From a virus (Duplodnaviria > Caudoviricetes), in the IMG/VR virus record IMGVR_UViG_3300023104_000012, positions 1 through 40,176 of that record: a stretch of DNA of 40,176 nucleotides; one strand, 5' to 3'. Made by a program: the position numbers and the translations under genes. Each line of letters starts with the position of its first letter. The first letter of the stretch is position 1. This document shows positions 24,177 through 34,460 of this stretch, one piece after another. Below the pieces are notes generated by a model that saw nothing but the letters and a program-made list of their open reading frames with translations, made no database searches and was not told the DNA's origin.

Positions 24177-24806
24177 ATGGACCCCTTTCTTCCTAAGTTC
24201 GACCCAAGCGCACAATCGGTCATTGTCCCATTCTTCTTCATGCACGAAGGCGAAGAGTGTGTTCGTGTACAGATTGCAGGCGAAACCCGCTTCGGCCCCG
24301 TATTCCGCGCGAAAGACCTTTGGGTACGTGACGGCCTAGAAGAAATCACTTACGCCATGCGCTGGCCGGATCAGTATGCTCAGTTCAAGGATGGTAAGTC
24401 GCAGACGGCAGACGGCACGGCTTTGGAAGAAGCTCCGTTCCTCAATCCATCGCGCATTTCCGAACTGCGCATGCTCAAGATTTACAGCGTCGAGGCGCTG
24501 GCTAACCTTGATGATCGCAACATTCCAAAGCTTGGCGGCAAGGGCTATGAGCTTAAATCGCTCGCCCAGCAGTACCTTCAGAAGCGTCAGGAAACCGGCG
24601 CTAATGAAAAGGTTAACGAGATGCAGCGTGAGATTGCAGAGCTTCGCGCTATGCTCTCCGCTCAGATCGTGCAGCCGGTATCCAATGAGGGCGAGTACAC
24701 CCGCCTCCGTGAGGAAATCAAGGCGAAGACTGGCAAATACCCTGTCGGGAATCCATCCCTCGAAACCCTTCAGCGCATCTCTTCGGAACTAAACGAAGCT
24801 GCCTAA
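24177..24806 (+). CDS. conserved phage protein (post-capsid)
   Basis: 209 aa; GT.LEE.P...EL....IYSVE.LA.L.D. Confidence 0.7.
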   Translation: MDPFLPKFDPSAQSVIVPFFFMHEGEECVRVQIAGETRFGPVFRAKDLWVRDGLEEITYAMRWPDQYAQFKDGKSQTADGTALEEAPFLNPSRISELRMLKIYSVEALANLDDRNIPKLGGKGYELKSLAQQYLQKRQETGANEKVNEMQREIAELRAMLSAQIVQPVSNEGEYTRLREEIKAKTGKYPVGNPSLETLQRISSELNEAA

Positions 24807-24825
24807 ATAATGGAAGGCCAATGCA

Positions 24826-25503
24826 TTGACGGTTCTTAGCTGCATTCAAGACGCCGCTCTTAGTCTTGGCCTTCCATACCCATCCGTTGTTTTCTCATCC
24901 ACCGAACGCACGTGGCAGATGATGCAATCCACGGTGAATGAGTGCGCAATCCAGATCATGGAAACCTATGATTGGCAGCGCCTCAAGAAGGTTGCCACGA
25001 TCAACGGTGATGGGGCGCTAACTGCATTCTCACTGCCAGATGATTACGACCGCATGGTCAAAGACGCTAATCTCTGGAGCCAATCGGTTACATGGTATCC
25101 GTCTCAGCAGGTCGCGGACGTTAACCAGTGGCTTCAGATGGAAACCTACACGCTAGAGCCATGGGAGCCGAGATGGTCCCTGTTCGGTGGCAATCTCAAC
25201 ATTCGCCCCACGCTCGCTGTAGGCCAGAACCTTCAATACTTTTACGTCTCCAATTGGATTGTGAATGGCACAACTCAGCGCTTCACCTCCGATGGTGATA
25301 CCTTCACGCTTGATGAACGGCTATTGACACTCTGCATCATATGGAACTGGAAAAAGCAGCAGCAGCAGGATTACGCCTCAGAACTTGCCGAGTATGAGGA
25401 AGCGATGGGCAAGGCGACTTGGAAAGATACCGGATCGCGCCAGTCTATCATCTCTGGCTCTCGCAGCGGATTCTATAACCGCAATGGGCAGACATTCCCA
25501 TGA
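24826..25503 (+). CDS. head-tail adaptor / tail tubular protein A-like
   Basis: W..L......FSLPDDYDRM motif; position. Confidence 0.7.
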   Translation: MTVLSCIQDAALSLGLPYPSVVFSSTERTWQMMQSTVNECAIQIMETYDWQRLKKVATINGDGALTAFSLPDDYDRMVKDANLWSQSVTWYPSQQVADVNQWLQMETYTLEPWEPRWSLFGGNLNIRPTLAVGQNLQYFYVSNWIVNGTTQRFTSDGDTFTLDERLLTLCIIWNWKKQQQQDYASELAEYEEAMGKATWKDTGSRQSIISGSRSGFYNRNGQTFP

Positions 25504-27110
25504 GCCGTATGGATGCAGCCCTAGCCCGCAGGCAGAATAGAGCCTCTGTAGCCACGCCTGAGGCATACCCGGCTCCTTTGGGTGGGTGGGTGACGGCGCA
25601 GAACCTTGCGGCCTCTCAGAAGGGTACCTGCATTGTTCTGGACAATGGCTACCCCACGACCAAGGGAGTCAAGCCGCGTGGTGGAAACCAGATATATGCG
25701 ACGGTCGGGACTGATACTGTCGAAAGCCTGCCGACCTATCAGGGGGCAATGAGTTCGCAGATATTCGCCTCTTCGGATGGGTCTATCTTTCCCATTACAA
25801 CGGTGGTCGATCCTGATATCCCGCCTGTGGCTTTGGTGACAGGACAGACATCGAATTACTACGCATCGGCACAGTTCGCTACATCAGGCGGCTATTTCGC
25901 CTATTGGGTAAATGGGACGGACGAAGCGCTGCTCTATGATGGCACAGTAGCAACCCCGATCAATGCTCTTTCTGTCCCGGCCATTACAGGCGCGACCACA
26001 TCAACGTTTAGCCATGTGAATGTCTACCGCAACCGTCTCTATTTCGTAGAGAAGAATAGCCTTGTAGTTCACTATCTCCCGGTGGATTCGATTGGCGGGG
26101 TAGCGTCTCAGCTAAACCTTGCGGGCATATTCCGTAAGGGCGGGGCCGTGTTCTTCACGTGCACATGGTCCAGTGAATCCGGGTCGAACTCCCTTAATGA
26201 CTATCTGGTTGTTGTGTCCACTGAGGGAGAATTGGCAATCTTTCAGGGCTCGTTTCCTGGAGGTACTGATTGGACCCTGGCGGGCGTCGCAGAAGGCCCA
26301 GAGCCGCTTGGGATCAACGGATGGATGAAGGCTGGTGGGGATATCGCTATCCTCACAGAGCGCGGTTGGGTGGCTGTCTCTGCCATTCGTGTCAAAGACC
26401 CGGCAGCGCTGTCTATCGATGCTCTATCGTCGGCTATTGAACCAGATTGGACGCTTGAGGCTGGTCGCCGCCGCACTGTTCCGTGGGAATGCCTGAAGTG
26501 GGAAACCAAGGGCCTTGCCTATGTGAACGTGCCTCTGGTTTCGACGGCAACTCCACCAATCAATTTTGTCAAAAACCTCCAGACAGGCGCATGGGGTCGA
26601 TATACCGGCCTCGATATGCGATGCCTTGCCATTCATAACAATCAGCTATTCTACGGATCCAATGATGGGACCATTCGGATTGCTGAAGTGGGGGGATATG
26701 ATAACGGCGTTCCCTACACAATGCAGGTGGCAATGTCGTGGAATCACATGGGCGCGTTCGGCACGGTAAAGACTATCAAGCAGGTACGCGGGGAGTTTCT
26801 AACGACTTATCCCGTTGCCGTCCGAATGGTCAATTTTGTGGACTACACCATTAACTTCCCCAGCCCTCCGAACGTTGAAGGCGAGACGGCTCCTGAGTCG
26901 GTCTATGATATTGGTTTGTGGGACCAAGCCGTGTTCGATGGCTCAAGTATTCAAACCCCAAAGACAACCTATTGGGTAACACCACAGGGGGCATTGGCTG
27001 GCCGCGTTCATTCGACCGGGCTTCAGATGCCCATAGGATCGCCCAATACGCCCAACGTCGAAATCATCAGCCTCAACGTGACCGTCGAGCAAGGAGGCTT
27101 GGTGGTTTAA
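25500..27110 (+). CDS. tail tube B / packaged-DNA stabilisation protein
   Basis: 536 aa, beta-propeller-like; position. Confidence 0.7.
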   Translation: MSRMDAALARRQNRASVATPEAYPAPLGGWVTAQNLAASQKGTCIVLDNGYPTTKGVKPRGGNQIYATVGTDTVESLPTYQGAMSSQIFASSDGSIFPITTVVDPDIPPVALVTGQTSNYYASAQFATSGGYFAYWVNGTDEALLYDGTVATPINALSVPAITGATTSTFSHVNVYRNRLYFVEKNSLVVHYLPVDSIGGVASQLNLAGIFRKGGAVFFTCTWSSESGSNSLNDYLVVVSTEGELAIFQGSFPGGTDWTLAGVAEGPEPLGINGWMKAGGDIAILTERGWVAVSAIRVKDPAALSIDALSSAIEPDWTLEAGRRRTVPWECLKWETKGLAYVNVPLVSTATPPINFVKNLQTGAWGRYTGLDMRCLAIHNNQLFYGSNDGTIRIAEVGGYDNGVPYTMQVAMSWNHMGAFGTVKTIKQVRGEFLTTYPVAVRMVNFVDYTINFPSPPNVEGETAPESVYDIGLWDQAVFDGSSIQTPKTTYWVTPQGALAGRVHSTGLQMPIGSPNTPNVEIISLNVTVEQGGLVV

Positions 27111-27541
27111 TGCATGTAGTCTTTGGCTGTGACAAGCAGGTCGGGGAATGGGTAGCAGCGCGGCTAGGCCAGTCTGGATTTGCTGGTTATTTCATGGCCG
27201 CGTTCGGCGTTTACGATAAAGGCCAAATTGTTGGCGGGACGGCATTTCATAACTACTATCCCAAAGAGGGCGTCATCGAGATGACGAGCGCCTGCATTCA
27301 CCCCGGCTGGCTTACCCGCCGAATGATTCGCGCCATATTCAGGTATGTCTTCGAATTGCTCGAATGCCAAATGGTTGTAATGCGCGTCAGCGAGCATAAT
27401 TCGAGAATGCTGAACATTGCAGATCGATTCGGCTTCGATTTATGTACAATCCCACGTTTGCGTGGTAGGCATGAAGCAGAAGTTATCTGCACCCTTACAG
27501 ACGATCAATGGCGCTCTAGCCGGTTCAACAGGAGAACCTAA
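27110..27541 (+). CDS. GNAT-fold acetyltransferase-like protein
   Basis: AIFRYVF..L.C......V...N.R......RFGF; TAATG coupling. Confidence 0.75.
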   Translation: MHVVFGCDKQVGEWVAARLGQSGFAGYFMAAFGVYDKGQIVGGTAFHNYYPKEGVIEMTSACIHPGWLTRRMIRAIFRYVFELLECQMVVMRVSEHNSRMLNIADRFGFDLCTIPRLRGRHEAEVICTLTDDQWRSSRFNRRT

Positions 27542-27544
27542 TTC

Positions 27545-28489
27545 ATGGGTAAGCCGCCTAGCAGCCCTAATCCTCAGCAAGTTGCATCAAGCCAGACAGC
27601 GAGTAATCGTGAGACGGCCATTACGCAAACCGGCCTCAACTCCACCAACCAGATCACGCCATACGGGAACCTCAATTATTCCCAGATCGGCACATGGTCG
27701 GATGGAACGCCGCGCTTTCAGGCGGAGCAGACCCTCTCCAGCGCAGGCCAACAGCTTCTCAATACCTCTATGGGAACGCAGCAGAATCTCGCCAATCTCG
27801 CTCAGGAACAGTCAGGCAAGCTCTCTGGCATTCTCAACAAGCCGCTAGATTGGTCCGCACAGCAGGGCTATCTTAACGATCTCACGGCGCAGAACCTCAA
27901 CCCACAATGGGATAGGCTGGCACAGCAGAACGAAACCGACCTTGTGAATCGAGGCATGCGGCCCGGCTCTACGGCGTATAATGACGCACGTGATCAGTTC
28001 GCTCAGAGCCGTTCGACAGCATATAATAACGCGAATCTTTCCAACTACTCTACCGCACTCCAAAGCCAGATGGCTCTTGCGGACCGTCCTCTCAACCAAA
28101 TCCTTGCGCTATCTGGTCAGGGGCAGGTCCAACAGCCCAACTTCGTCAATGCGCCTCAGTCGAGCGTGGCAGGCACGGACGTAGCTGGCATTGCCAATGC
28201 GGGTTATCAGCAACAAATGCAGGGTTACAACGCGGGCCAGCAAACCTTAGGTGGTTTATTTTCAGCCGGTGCATCGCTTATCCCACTTCTCTCTGATCGT
28301 CGTGCCAAGAAGGATATCGTGCGGATCGGGCAGACAGATTCAGGTGTCCCGGTCTACAAATTTTCCTATAAGCACGGCGGTCCAACGCAGATTGGCTATA
28401 TCGCGCAGGACTTGCTCGAAAGCCATCCAGAAGCGGTTACGATGGGTCCAGACGGTTTCTATCGCGTCCAGTACGATAAGGTGGGCTAA
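27545..28489 (+). CDS. ejection/internal virion protein with C-terminal peptidase S74-like chaperone domain
   Basis: MGK start, NQITPYG motif, SDRRAKKDI...GYIAQDL...PEAV....GFYRVQY. Confidence 0.75.
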   Translation: MGKPPSSPNPQQVASSQTASNRETAITQTGLNSTNQITPYGNLNYSQIGTWSDGTPRFQAEQTLSSAGQQLLNTSMGTQQNLANLAQEQSGKLSGILNKPLDWSAQQGYLNDLTAQNLNPQWDRLAQQNETDLVNRGMRPGSTAYNDARDQFAQSRSTAYNNANLSNYSTALQSQMALADRPLNQILALSGQGQVQQPNFVNAPQSSVAGTDVAGIANAGYQQQMQGYNAGQQTLGGLFSAGASLIPLLSDRRAKKDIVRIGQTDSGVPVYKFSYKHGGPTQIGYIAQDLLESHPEAVTMGPDGFYRVQYDKVG

Positions 28490-29632
28490 ATGGCACTTCC
28501 GGCATTCCAGTGGGGCGCAGGCGGGCAGCAGATCACCTCCCCCGAACAAGCCGCCCGCAAACGCGCTATCGCTGAAGCCCTCTTAGCTCAATCTGCTACG
28601 CCCGCTCAGAATTGGGGGCAGGGCCTTGCAGATGTTGCGGCGGCTCTCAGCGGCACAGTTCTTGAGGGGCGTGTTTCGGATGCTGAATCGGCGGGCCGGG
28701 AACGTGCTGGCTCGCTCTTTGCCGATCTTGCTATCAACTCCGATCCTAACGCCATCATGGCCGCTCTAACGTCGCCGGATAGCGCGTGGGCAAGCCCTGC
28801 TCAAACCTCCATCGCTTCAGCGCTCCTCAATCAGGGCATCGAACGCCAAGACCCGATGTATCAGGCGCAGCTTGCTAAATTGCAGGCCGATGCCGCGAAT
28901 GGTGGACAGGGGAACGAGAGCTTCTTTGGCAACATCGTCCCTATGCAGGACGCTCAGGGTAACGTGGTGCTGGGGCAGGCTTCCAATCAAGGCAATTGGC
29001 AACCCCTGCAAGGTGCTGAAGGCTTCTCCCCCGCGCCGACGACAAAGCAGATCGACACCGGCACTGAGATTATCACTCAGGACATTTACGGTAACGAACT
29101 CTTCCGCACTCCCAAGCAGAACCGTGAGGCAGCTTACGAGACCGGCTTTGGCGGCGTCGAAGGCAAGACTGACGCCGAGAACATCGCTCTGGCTGAGAGC
29201 GTTCAGAGCAAAATGCCCGGCCTTCGCACCGTCATTGATCAGCTTACATCGCTTGCCGATACTGCTACGTACACACAAATGGGTCAGGCTGGGGATGCTC
29301 TTAAACGCGAGTTTGGTCTTGACCCGGGTCAAGGGGCAATCGATCGCGCAAGTTACATCGCTATCGTGGACAATCAGGTTCTGCCTCTGCTCAAAGACAC
29401 CTTCGGCGCGGCCTTCACCGTGGCAGAAGGCCAGAGCCTGCGTGCAACACTTGGTGACCCCAATAAATCGCCACGCGAGAAAAAGGCGATTCTCGACGCA
29501 TTCATTCAACAGAAGGAGCGCGACGTTGCAGCAATGCAGCGGAAGGCTCCTGGTGGCGCAGTAGATCAAGGCTCAAACGCTCCCGCAGCGGTAGTACGTG
29601 TCTTCAATCCGGCAACGGGGCGTCTGGAATGA
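28490..29632 (+). CDS. DNA ejection protein
   Basis: A/Q/G-rich helical protein; position. Confidence 0.6.
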   Translation: MALPAFQWGAGGQQITSPEQAARKRAIAEALLAQSATPAQNWGQGLADVAAALSGTVLEGRVSDAESAGRERAGSLFADLAINSDPNAIMAALTSPDSAWASPAQTSIASALLNQGIERQDPMYQAQLAKLQADAANGGQGNESFFGNIVPMQDAQGNVVLGQASNQGNWQPLQGAEGFSPAPTTKQIDTGTEIITQDIYGNELFRTPKQNREAAYETGFGGVEGKTDAENIALAESVQSKMPGLRTVIDQLTSLADTATYTQMGQAGDALKREFGLDPGQGAIDRASYIAIVDNQVLPLLKDTFGAAFTVAEGQSLRATLGDPNKSPREKKAILDAFIQQKERDVAAMQRKAPGGAVDQGSNAPAAVVRVFNPATGRLE

Positions 29633-31212
29633 TCCAAATCAAGCTACCAGACGGCTCTATCGCTCAATTCCCTGATGGCATGCCTGATGCTGATATTGAG
29701 GCAGTTCTTCAGCGCGAGTTTGGAAACGCTGAGCCAACCATTGAAGCTGCTCCTATAGCTGCTCCCCAGACAGCACAACCGGACATGCTTGGGCGCTTAG
29801 GCGAATCTGCCTACTCAACGGCTGTTGGGATGGGGCAGGGCGCTACTATGGGTGCTTATGACGAACTATCCTCTTTGCTGGGCACTCCCATCAAGGGCGC
29901 TGAAAACCTGATGATGGGGCGGGATTCGATCTCTGGAATGGGCGATATTCTTCCCTTCCTAGGTCGCTCTTTCATATCAGCTCAGGAAGGGCAGCAAGCC
30001 CTAACCAATCAGGCTTATGATCAGGCTCCTATTGCGGCGGCGGGCGGAGATATCGCTGGCGCTCTCGGCTTTGGCCTGCTTACGGGTGGGTCGAATGTCG
30101 TCAACGTTGCTAAACCAACTATTGCCGGAATGGCAGGGCGCGGGGCGATTGAGGGCGCACTTATGGGTGGCTCCTCCGGCTTTAGCGGATCAGAAGACTC
30201 ATCGCTTCCGGGACGGTTGAGTGCTGCTGCTCAGGGCGCTACAGTTGGCGGCGTTCTTGGCGGCGTAACCGGTGGTATTGCAGGCGGTCAGATGGCGGCT
30301 GCGCAGCGTAAGGCTGTTCCAACCGTGCAAGAATTGTCAGATGAGGCGGGCGCTCTATACCAAGCCGCAAGAGCCTCTGGCGTTACATCATCTCCACAGG
30401 CTACGACCCAGATTGCCGATACGATTGAAGGCATTGCACGGGCTGAGAATGTCGTCCTGCCTAGCGGCAAGGTGAACCAGACATACCCCAAGATTTCGGG
30501 CGTCCTAAACGTATTTGAAGAATATAAGGGCAGGCCGCTTGACGTTGGGCAGATGCAGGCTATCCGTCGCAACTTGCAGGATGCCGCCAAGAGCCTTGAC
30601 CCCGGCGAACGCCGTGTCGCTACAATCATGCTTGGCGAGTTTGACGACTTCGCTCAGAACGTAGCCCCTGAGCTTGCGGAGGCTTCGAACCTCTATTGGC
30701 GAGCAAAGACAGGCGAACTCATTGAAGAGGCAATTGACCTAGCCGAAAACCGTGCAAGCCAATATTCTCAGTCTGGCATGGATAATGCACTTCGCACCCA
30801 ATTCCGCCAGCTAAATGCACGGATCATCAAGGGTCAAGTAAGAGGCATAACGCCTGAGCTTGCTGAGCAAATCGCCCGCGTGGCTGAGGGAGGCCCGATT
30901 GAAAACTTTGCCCGTAGTGTGGGTAAGTTCTCTGTTCGCGGCCCCGTTTCTGCCATTCCGTCAATTCTGGCCGGTACGGCTGGTGCTGGTGCGGGAGGCC
31001 CGATAGGTGCTGCTCTTGGCGCTGGCCTAGTCGCTCTTCCAGGCGAGATTGGACGAAGAGTAGCAGAGAAGGGAACAGTCCAGAATGCGCAGATTGCCGC
31101 TGCGCTGGCTCGTGCTGGCGGTGCTCTACCATCTCAGGAACTCTCCCCTGTTGCTCAGGCCCTCATGAATGCCAGTGGCAATCTTGGTGGCCGGATGCTG
31201 CCTAACTTCTAG
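29629..31212 (+). CDS. DNA ejection protein
   Basis: LPDG....FPDGM start; G/A-rich hydrophobic segments. Confidence 0.65.
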   Translation: MIQIKLPDGSIAQFPDGMPDADIEAVLQREFGNAEPTIEAAPIAAPQTAQPDMLGRLGESAYSTAVGMGQGATMGAYDELSSLLGTPIKGAENLMMGRDSISGMGDILPFLGRSFISAQEGQQALTNQAYDQAPIAAAGGDIAGALGFGLLTGGSNVVNVAKPTIAGMAGRGAIEGALMGGSSGFSGSEDSSLPGRLSAAAQGATVGGVLGGVTGGIAGGQMAAAQRKAVPTVQELSDEAGALYQAARASGVTSSPQATTQIADTIEGIARAENVVLPSGKVNQTYPKISGVLNVFEEYKGRPLDVGQMQAIRRNLQDAAKSLDPGERRVATIMLGEFDDFAQNVAPELAEASNLYWRAKTGELIEEAIDLAENRASQYSQSGMDNALRTQFRQLNARIIKGQVRGITPELAEQIARVAEGGPIENFARSVGKFSVRGPVSAIPSILAGTAGAGAGGPIGAALGAGLVALPGEIGRRVAEKGTVQNAQIAAALARAGGALPSQELSPVAQALMNASGNLGGRMLPNF

Positions 31213-31307
31213 GAGAAGAAGACGTGCCACGGAATAAGGAACTTTGCGATCCCGTAGGCCGCAGCGAAGGCAACAGCGTAAATCCATGCATTTCGTGTAA
31301 TTGTCAT
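31209..31307 (-). CDS. 32-aa membrane peptide
   Basis: MTITRNAWIYAVAFAAAYGIAKFLIPWHVFFS; AAGGA RBS; fills the intergenic gap. Confidence 0.55.
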   Translation of the reverse strand: MTITRNAWIYAVAFAAAYGIAKFLIPWHVFFS

Positions 31308-31353
31308 CTCAATTTCCTTTCGCTCAATATCCATGGCATGAAGGTTTCCGTCA

Positions 31354-32718
31354 ATGGCCGATGAAATCGCAAAATCCATCATCGACACCTTGATTGCCGA
31401 AGCGGGCGGACAGGGTGAGGAATCCATGCGCCGGGTTGCCGAGACGATTCTCAACCGTTCGGCCATTCGCGGTCTTAGCCCTGAGCAAGTTGTCCAGCAG
31501 CCCTATCAGTACACCGGATATGCGAACCCCGGCCCTGCGGCACGGGAAGCCCAGCAAATGGGGTCTATGCGTTCAGCAGCGGAGGCGGCTTGGCGACTTG
31601 CTCAGCAACCGGGCGACCCTACGGGCGGCGCTGATCACTATTACGCTCCCGGCACTATCTCGCAGCCTTCATGGGCTAGGGGAATGACGCCAACGGGAGA
31701 GTTTGGTGGGCACAATTACTATTCTTCGCGCCCAATTCCTCCCGGTGAAATACCTAATCAGGTCGCTAGCCTGACCGATACAGTCCGTCCAACGTATGCG
31801 CGTCCCGCAACGCAGTCCAACGCCCTATCATCGCAGCGCTCGCTTATCCCATCAGAGGGCTCCGACGCGCTGAAATCCGCTATGGCTCGGCTTGCCGGTC
31901 AATCAGTACGGAATGTTTCCCCTGCAACGCAGTCTCCCGACCTTGCCCAGATGCGTAATCCGATCATGAGCAGTTCGGCACGGAATGCGCAGGTCACTCC
32001 ATACCCCGTAACACAATCACTAGACTTGGCTATTCGTCGCGCTCCCGGCGAAACCATCGATACCATCCCAACATCGGGAATTGGCGCTGCTCCAGCCACG
32101 CGATCTGTCCAGTCAATACCAATGACCGGGAACAATCAGAGCGCGATGGTAGAGGCTACAAGACGCGCTGCACTGATGGCAAACCCTAGCTATGTGGAGC
32201 GCAGCCCTCCCGTTCAAAACCGTCCAGCGCTTGTTCAGGATGCCGCTCGCCGTGCTGCTCTTATGGCTAATCAGAGCTATGTTGAACGTAGTCCACCTCT
32301 GTCGCAGGCGAGGCTTGCTCCCGGCATTGCTGCACAAAACTATGATATCGGAATTAATGGCCCAGCGGGGCTAACGCGCCCGAAGTTCGCGGCGCTTAGT
32401 TCTCTTGGCTCTATGCCGCCCCGTCAATCAGCGCCAATGCCTCTAATGGCATCATCCGCACTTCAGGCTCGTAGAACAGCGCCGCTGGCTCGTGGCGTCA
32501 ATCAGACTATGGCCCCGATGCTTCCGCAAGTCCGCCAGGCTCCGCAATACGGCCTTCCAATTGCGTCGGCCCCTCCGCTTCGCGTGGTTGTTGATGGTGC
32601 GAATGTAAGGGGAGGGCAATCAGCCCCAATGCAGATTTCCGGGTTCACCAATGATGGGAGCGGCAAACTTACCTCAAACGAGACGGGCGGCGTATATTAT
32701 GAGCGCCATCTGCGCTAG
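31354..32718 (+). CDS. virion-associated cell wall hydrolase (SleB/Hydrolase_2-like) with disordered C-terminus
   Basis: TLIAEAGGQG.....VAETILNR, QPYQY, DPTGGADHYY, GGHNYY. Confidence 0.85.
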   Translation: MADEIAKSIIDTLIAEAGGQGEESMRRVAETILNRSAIRGLSPEQVVQQPYQYTGYANPGPAAREAQQMGSMRSAAEAAWRLAQQPGDPTGGADHYYAPGTISQPSWARGMTPTGEFGGHNYYSSRPIPPGEIPNQVASLTDTVRPTYARPATQSNALSSQRSLIPSEGSDALKSAMARLAGQSVRNVSPATQSPDLAQMRNPIMSSSARNAQVTPYPVTQSLDLAIRRAPGETIDTIPTSGIGAAPATRSVQSIPMTGNNQSAMVEATRRAALMANPSYVERSPPVQNRPALVQDAARRAALMANQSYVERSPPLSQARLAPGIAAQNYDIGINGPAGLTRPKFAALSSLGSMPPRQSAPMPLMASSALQARRTAPLARGVNQTMAPMLPQVRQAPQYGLPIASAPPLRVVVDGANVRGGQSAPMQISGFTNDGSGKLTSNETGGVYYERHLR

Positions 32719-32770
32719 CCTATAAGATCGATTTCTTGTACAATCATAAAACACCGTTCGGAGAAGTTGA

Positions 32771-33757
32771 ATGCCCAGAGGCCCCGTAGTTGCATCGCCA
32801 GTTCCGGGCGCGGTTCCTCAGAACCCCGGCGACGTTATCCAGTCCTCTGTCTGGAATGCGACTGTTAGTGATATTTATAATATGTTTAACACTGCACAAC
32901 CAATTGAGTATGGCGGCTCAAATGCCTCGACCCCTATAGGGGCATTCGACAATTTCCATACATCCTCCGGTGCCATCCCCTCTGCTGCCACAACCGATCT
33001 TAGCACGGCCTCGGGCTACTATGTCGAGATTACCGGAACAACGACGATTACAGGATTTGGGACTGAAGCGGCGGGCGTTCTCCGGGCGCTGCGGTTCTCC
33101 AGCGTTCTAACGCTAACCCACAATGCAACAAGCCTCATCCTCCCCGGCGCGGCTAATATCACTACGGCTTCTGGCGATACGGCTTTGTTTGTATCAGAAG
33201 GTGGGGGCAATTGGCGCGCTCTGAATTATCAGAGAGCTATCCCCGGCGTATGGACGACATTTCAGGATACGGCACTGGCAAATTCGGCCCCCCTAACCAT
33301 TACGGGGTTTCCTTCAGATGCAAAGATTGTTGAAATCGACTTTGACGACATAGCGCCAATTACGAACGCGCAGAATCTTCGTCTTCGAACATCGCCAACT
33401 AGTGGCCCCCCATTCGATAGTGGCGCATCTGATTATAACTACGCTCAAATTCGTGGTACCGTTGGTGCATCAGTAGCCGAAACAGGCAACGCGGCAACTA
33501 CAGAGATCGTTTTAACTTCGTCCTTGGGGAGTTCCGCAGGGCAGTCCGCATCAGGAACTATCAGATTCCGAAACCCCGGAACAGTGAAGCGCCAAATTTT
33601 GTCTTATAGTTCGTATGGAATCGATAATACCGGCATACAGTTTTCGATTACAGGCGGAGGTAGGAGAAACGCGGCGACCGTCATTCAGGCTATGCAGTTA
33701 TTTTTCGCGTCAGGTAATCTCAGTCAAGGGCGCGTTGTAGGCAGATATTTCCGATGA
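32771..33757 (+). CDS. tail fibre / receptor-binding protein
   Basis: T/S/G-rich; SAATTDL..ITGTTTIT..LTHNATSLILPG.ANITTA module. Confidence 0.75.
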   Translation: MPRGPVVASPVPGAVPQNPGDVIQSSVWNATVSDIYNMFNTAQPIEYGGSNASTPIGAFDNFHTSSGAIPSAATTDLSTASGYYVEITGTTTITGFGTEAAGVLRALRFSSVLTLTHNATSLILPGAANITTASGDTALFVSEGGGNWRALNYQRAIPGVWTTFQDTALANSAPLTITGFPSDAKIVEIDFDDIAPITNAQNLRLRTSPTSGPPFDSGASDYNYAQIRGTVGASVAETGNAATTEIVLTSSLGSSAGQSASGTIRFRNPGTVKRQILSYSSYGIDNTGIQFSITGGGRRNAATVIQAMQLFFASGNLSQGRVVGRYFR

Positions 33758-33794
33758 CTACATTTGCATACTATTCCCCTCCGGCGGTGATGAT

Positions 33795-34460
33795 ATGACG
33801 GCAAACGCTGAACTCTGGAAGATTGCCAAGTTCACCAGATCAACGGCGATTAATGCTCAGGCTGACAAGATCACAGCGAATCGTAAGCGCTACGAAGCTG
33901 TTTCCAAAGCCACTGGCGTTCCGTGGGACGTTATCGGCGTTATCCACTACCGTGAATCCTCTGGCGACTTCAAAGGCGTCCTGCACAACGGCCAGAAAAT
34001 CATCGGGGCTGGAAAGAAAACCACGATTGTTCCCAAGGGTCGCGGTCCATTTTCGACATGGGAAGAGGCCGCTATTGATGCTCTGGTAGTCTGTCCGCCC
34101 TATGCTGCGAAGAACAAGGATTGGTCCATCGGCGGCACTCTCGACATTCTAGAGAAATACAATGGGCTGGGCTATCGCAACAAGGGCCTGCCATCTCCAT
34201 ACCTCTGGGCCGGGACCGATCAGTACAAAACCGGCAAGTATGTAGCGGATGGGAAGTACGATCCCAACCATGTCGATCAGCAACTTGGTGTGGCCGCTCT
34301 GTTGATGCGATTGCGAGAGGGCAAACCAGTGCAACAGCCCATCCCTATAGACCTGCCAGATGATCATGATGAGCCGCTAATTCCCAAGCAATCCTGGTGG
34401 CAGAAGATCATCGCTGCGTTCGCTGATTTCCTTCTCTCGCTGCTCCCGAAAGGACGGTAA
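33795..34460 (+). CDS. endolysin (COG5526-like lysozyme family)
   Basis: HYRESSGDF..LHNG; YNGLGY...PSPYLWAGT.QY..GKYVADG. Confidence 0.85.
   Translation: MTANAELWKIAKFTRSTAINAQADKITANRKRYEAVSKATGVPWDVIGVIHYRESSGDFKGVLHNGQKIIGAGKKTTIVPKGRGPFSTWEEAAIDALVVCPPYAAKNKDWSIGGTLDILEKYNGLGYRNKGLPSPYLWAGTDQYKTGKYVADGKYDPNHVDQQLGVAALLMRLREGKPVQQPIPIDLPDDHDEPLIPKQSWWQKIIAAFADFLLSLLPKGR

Noticed and set aside
28817-29569. Long overlapping ORFs within the ejection gene
   Set aside because: Shadow frames without RBS or motifs.
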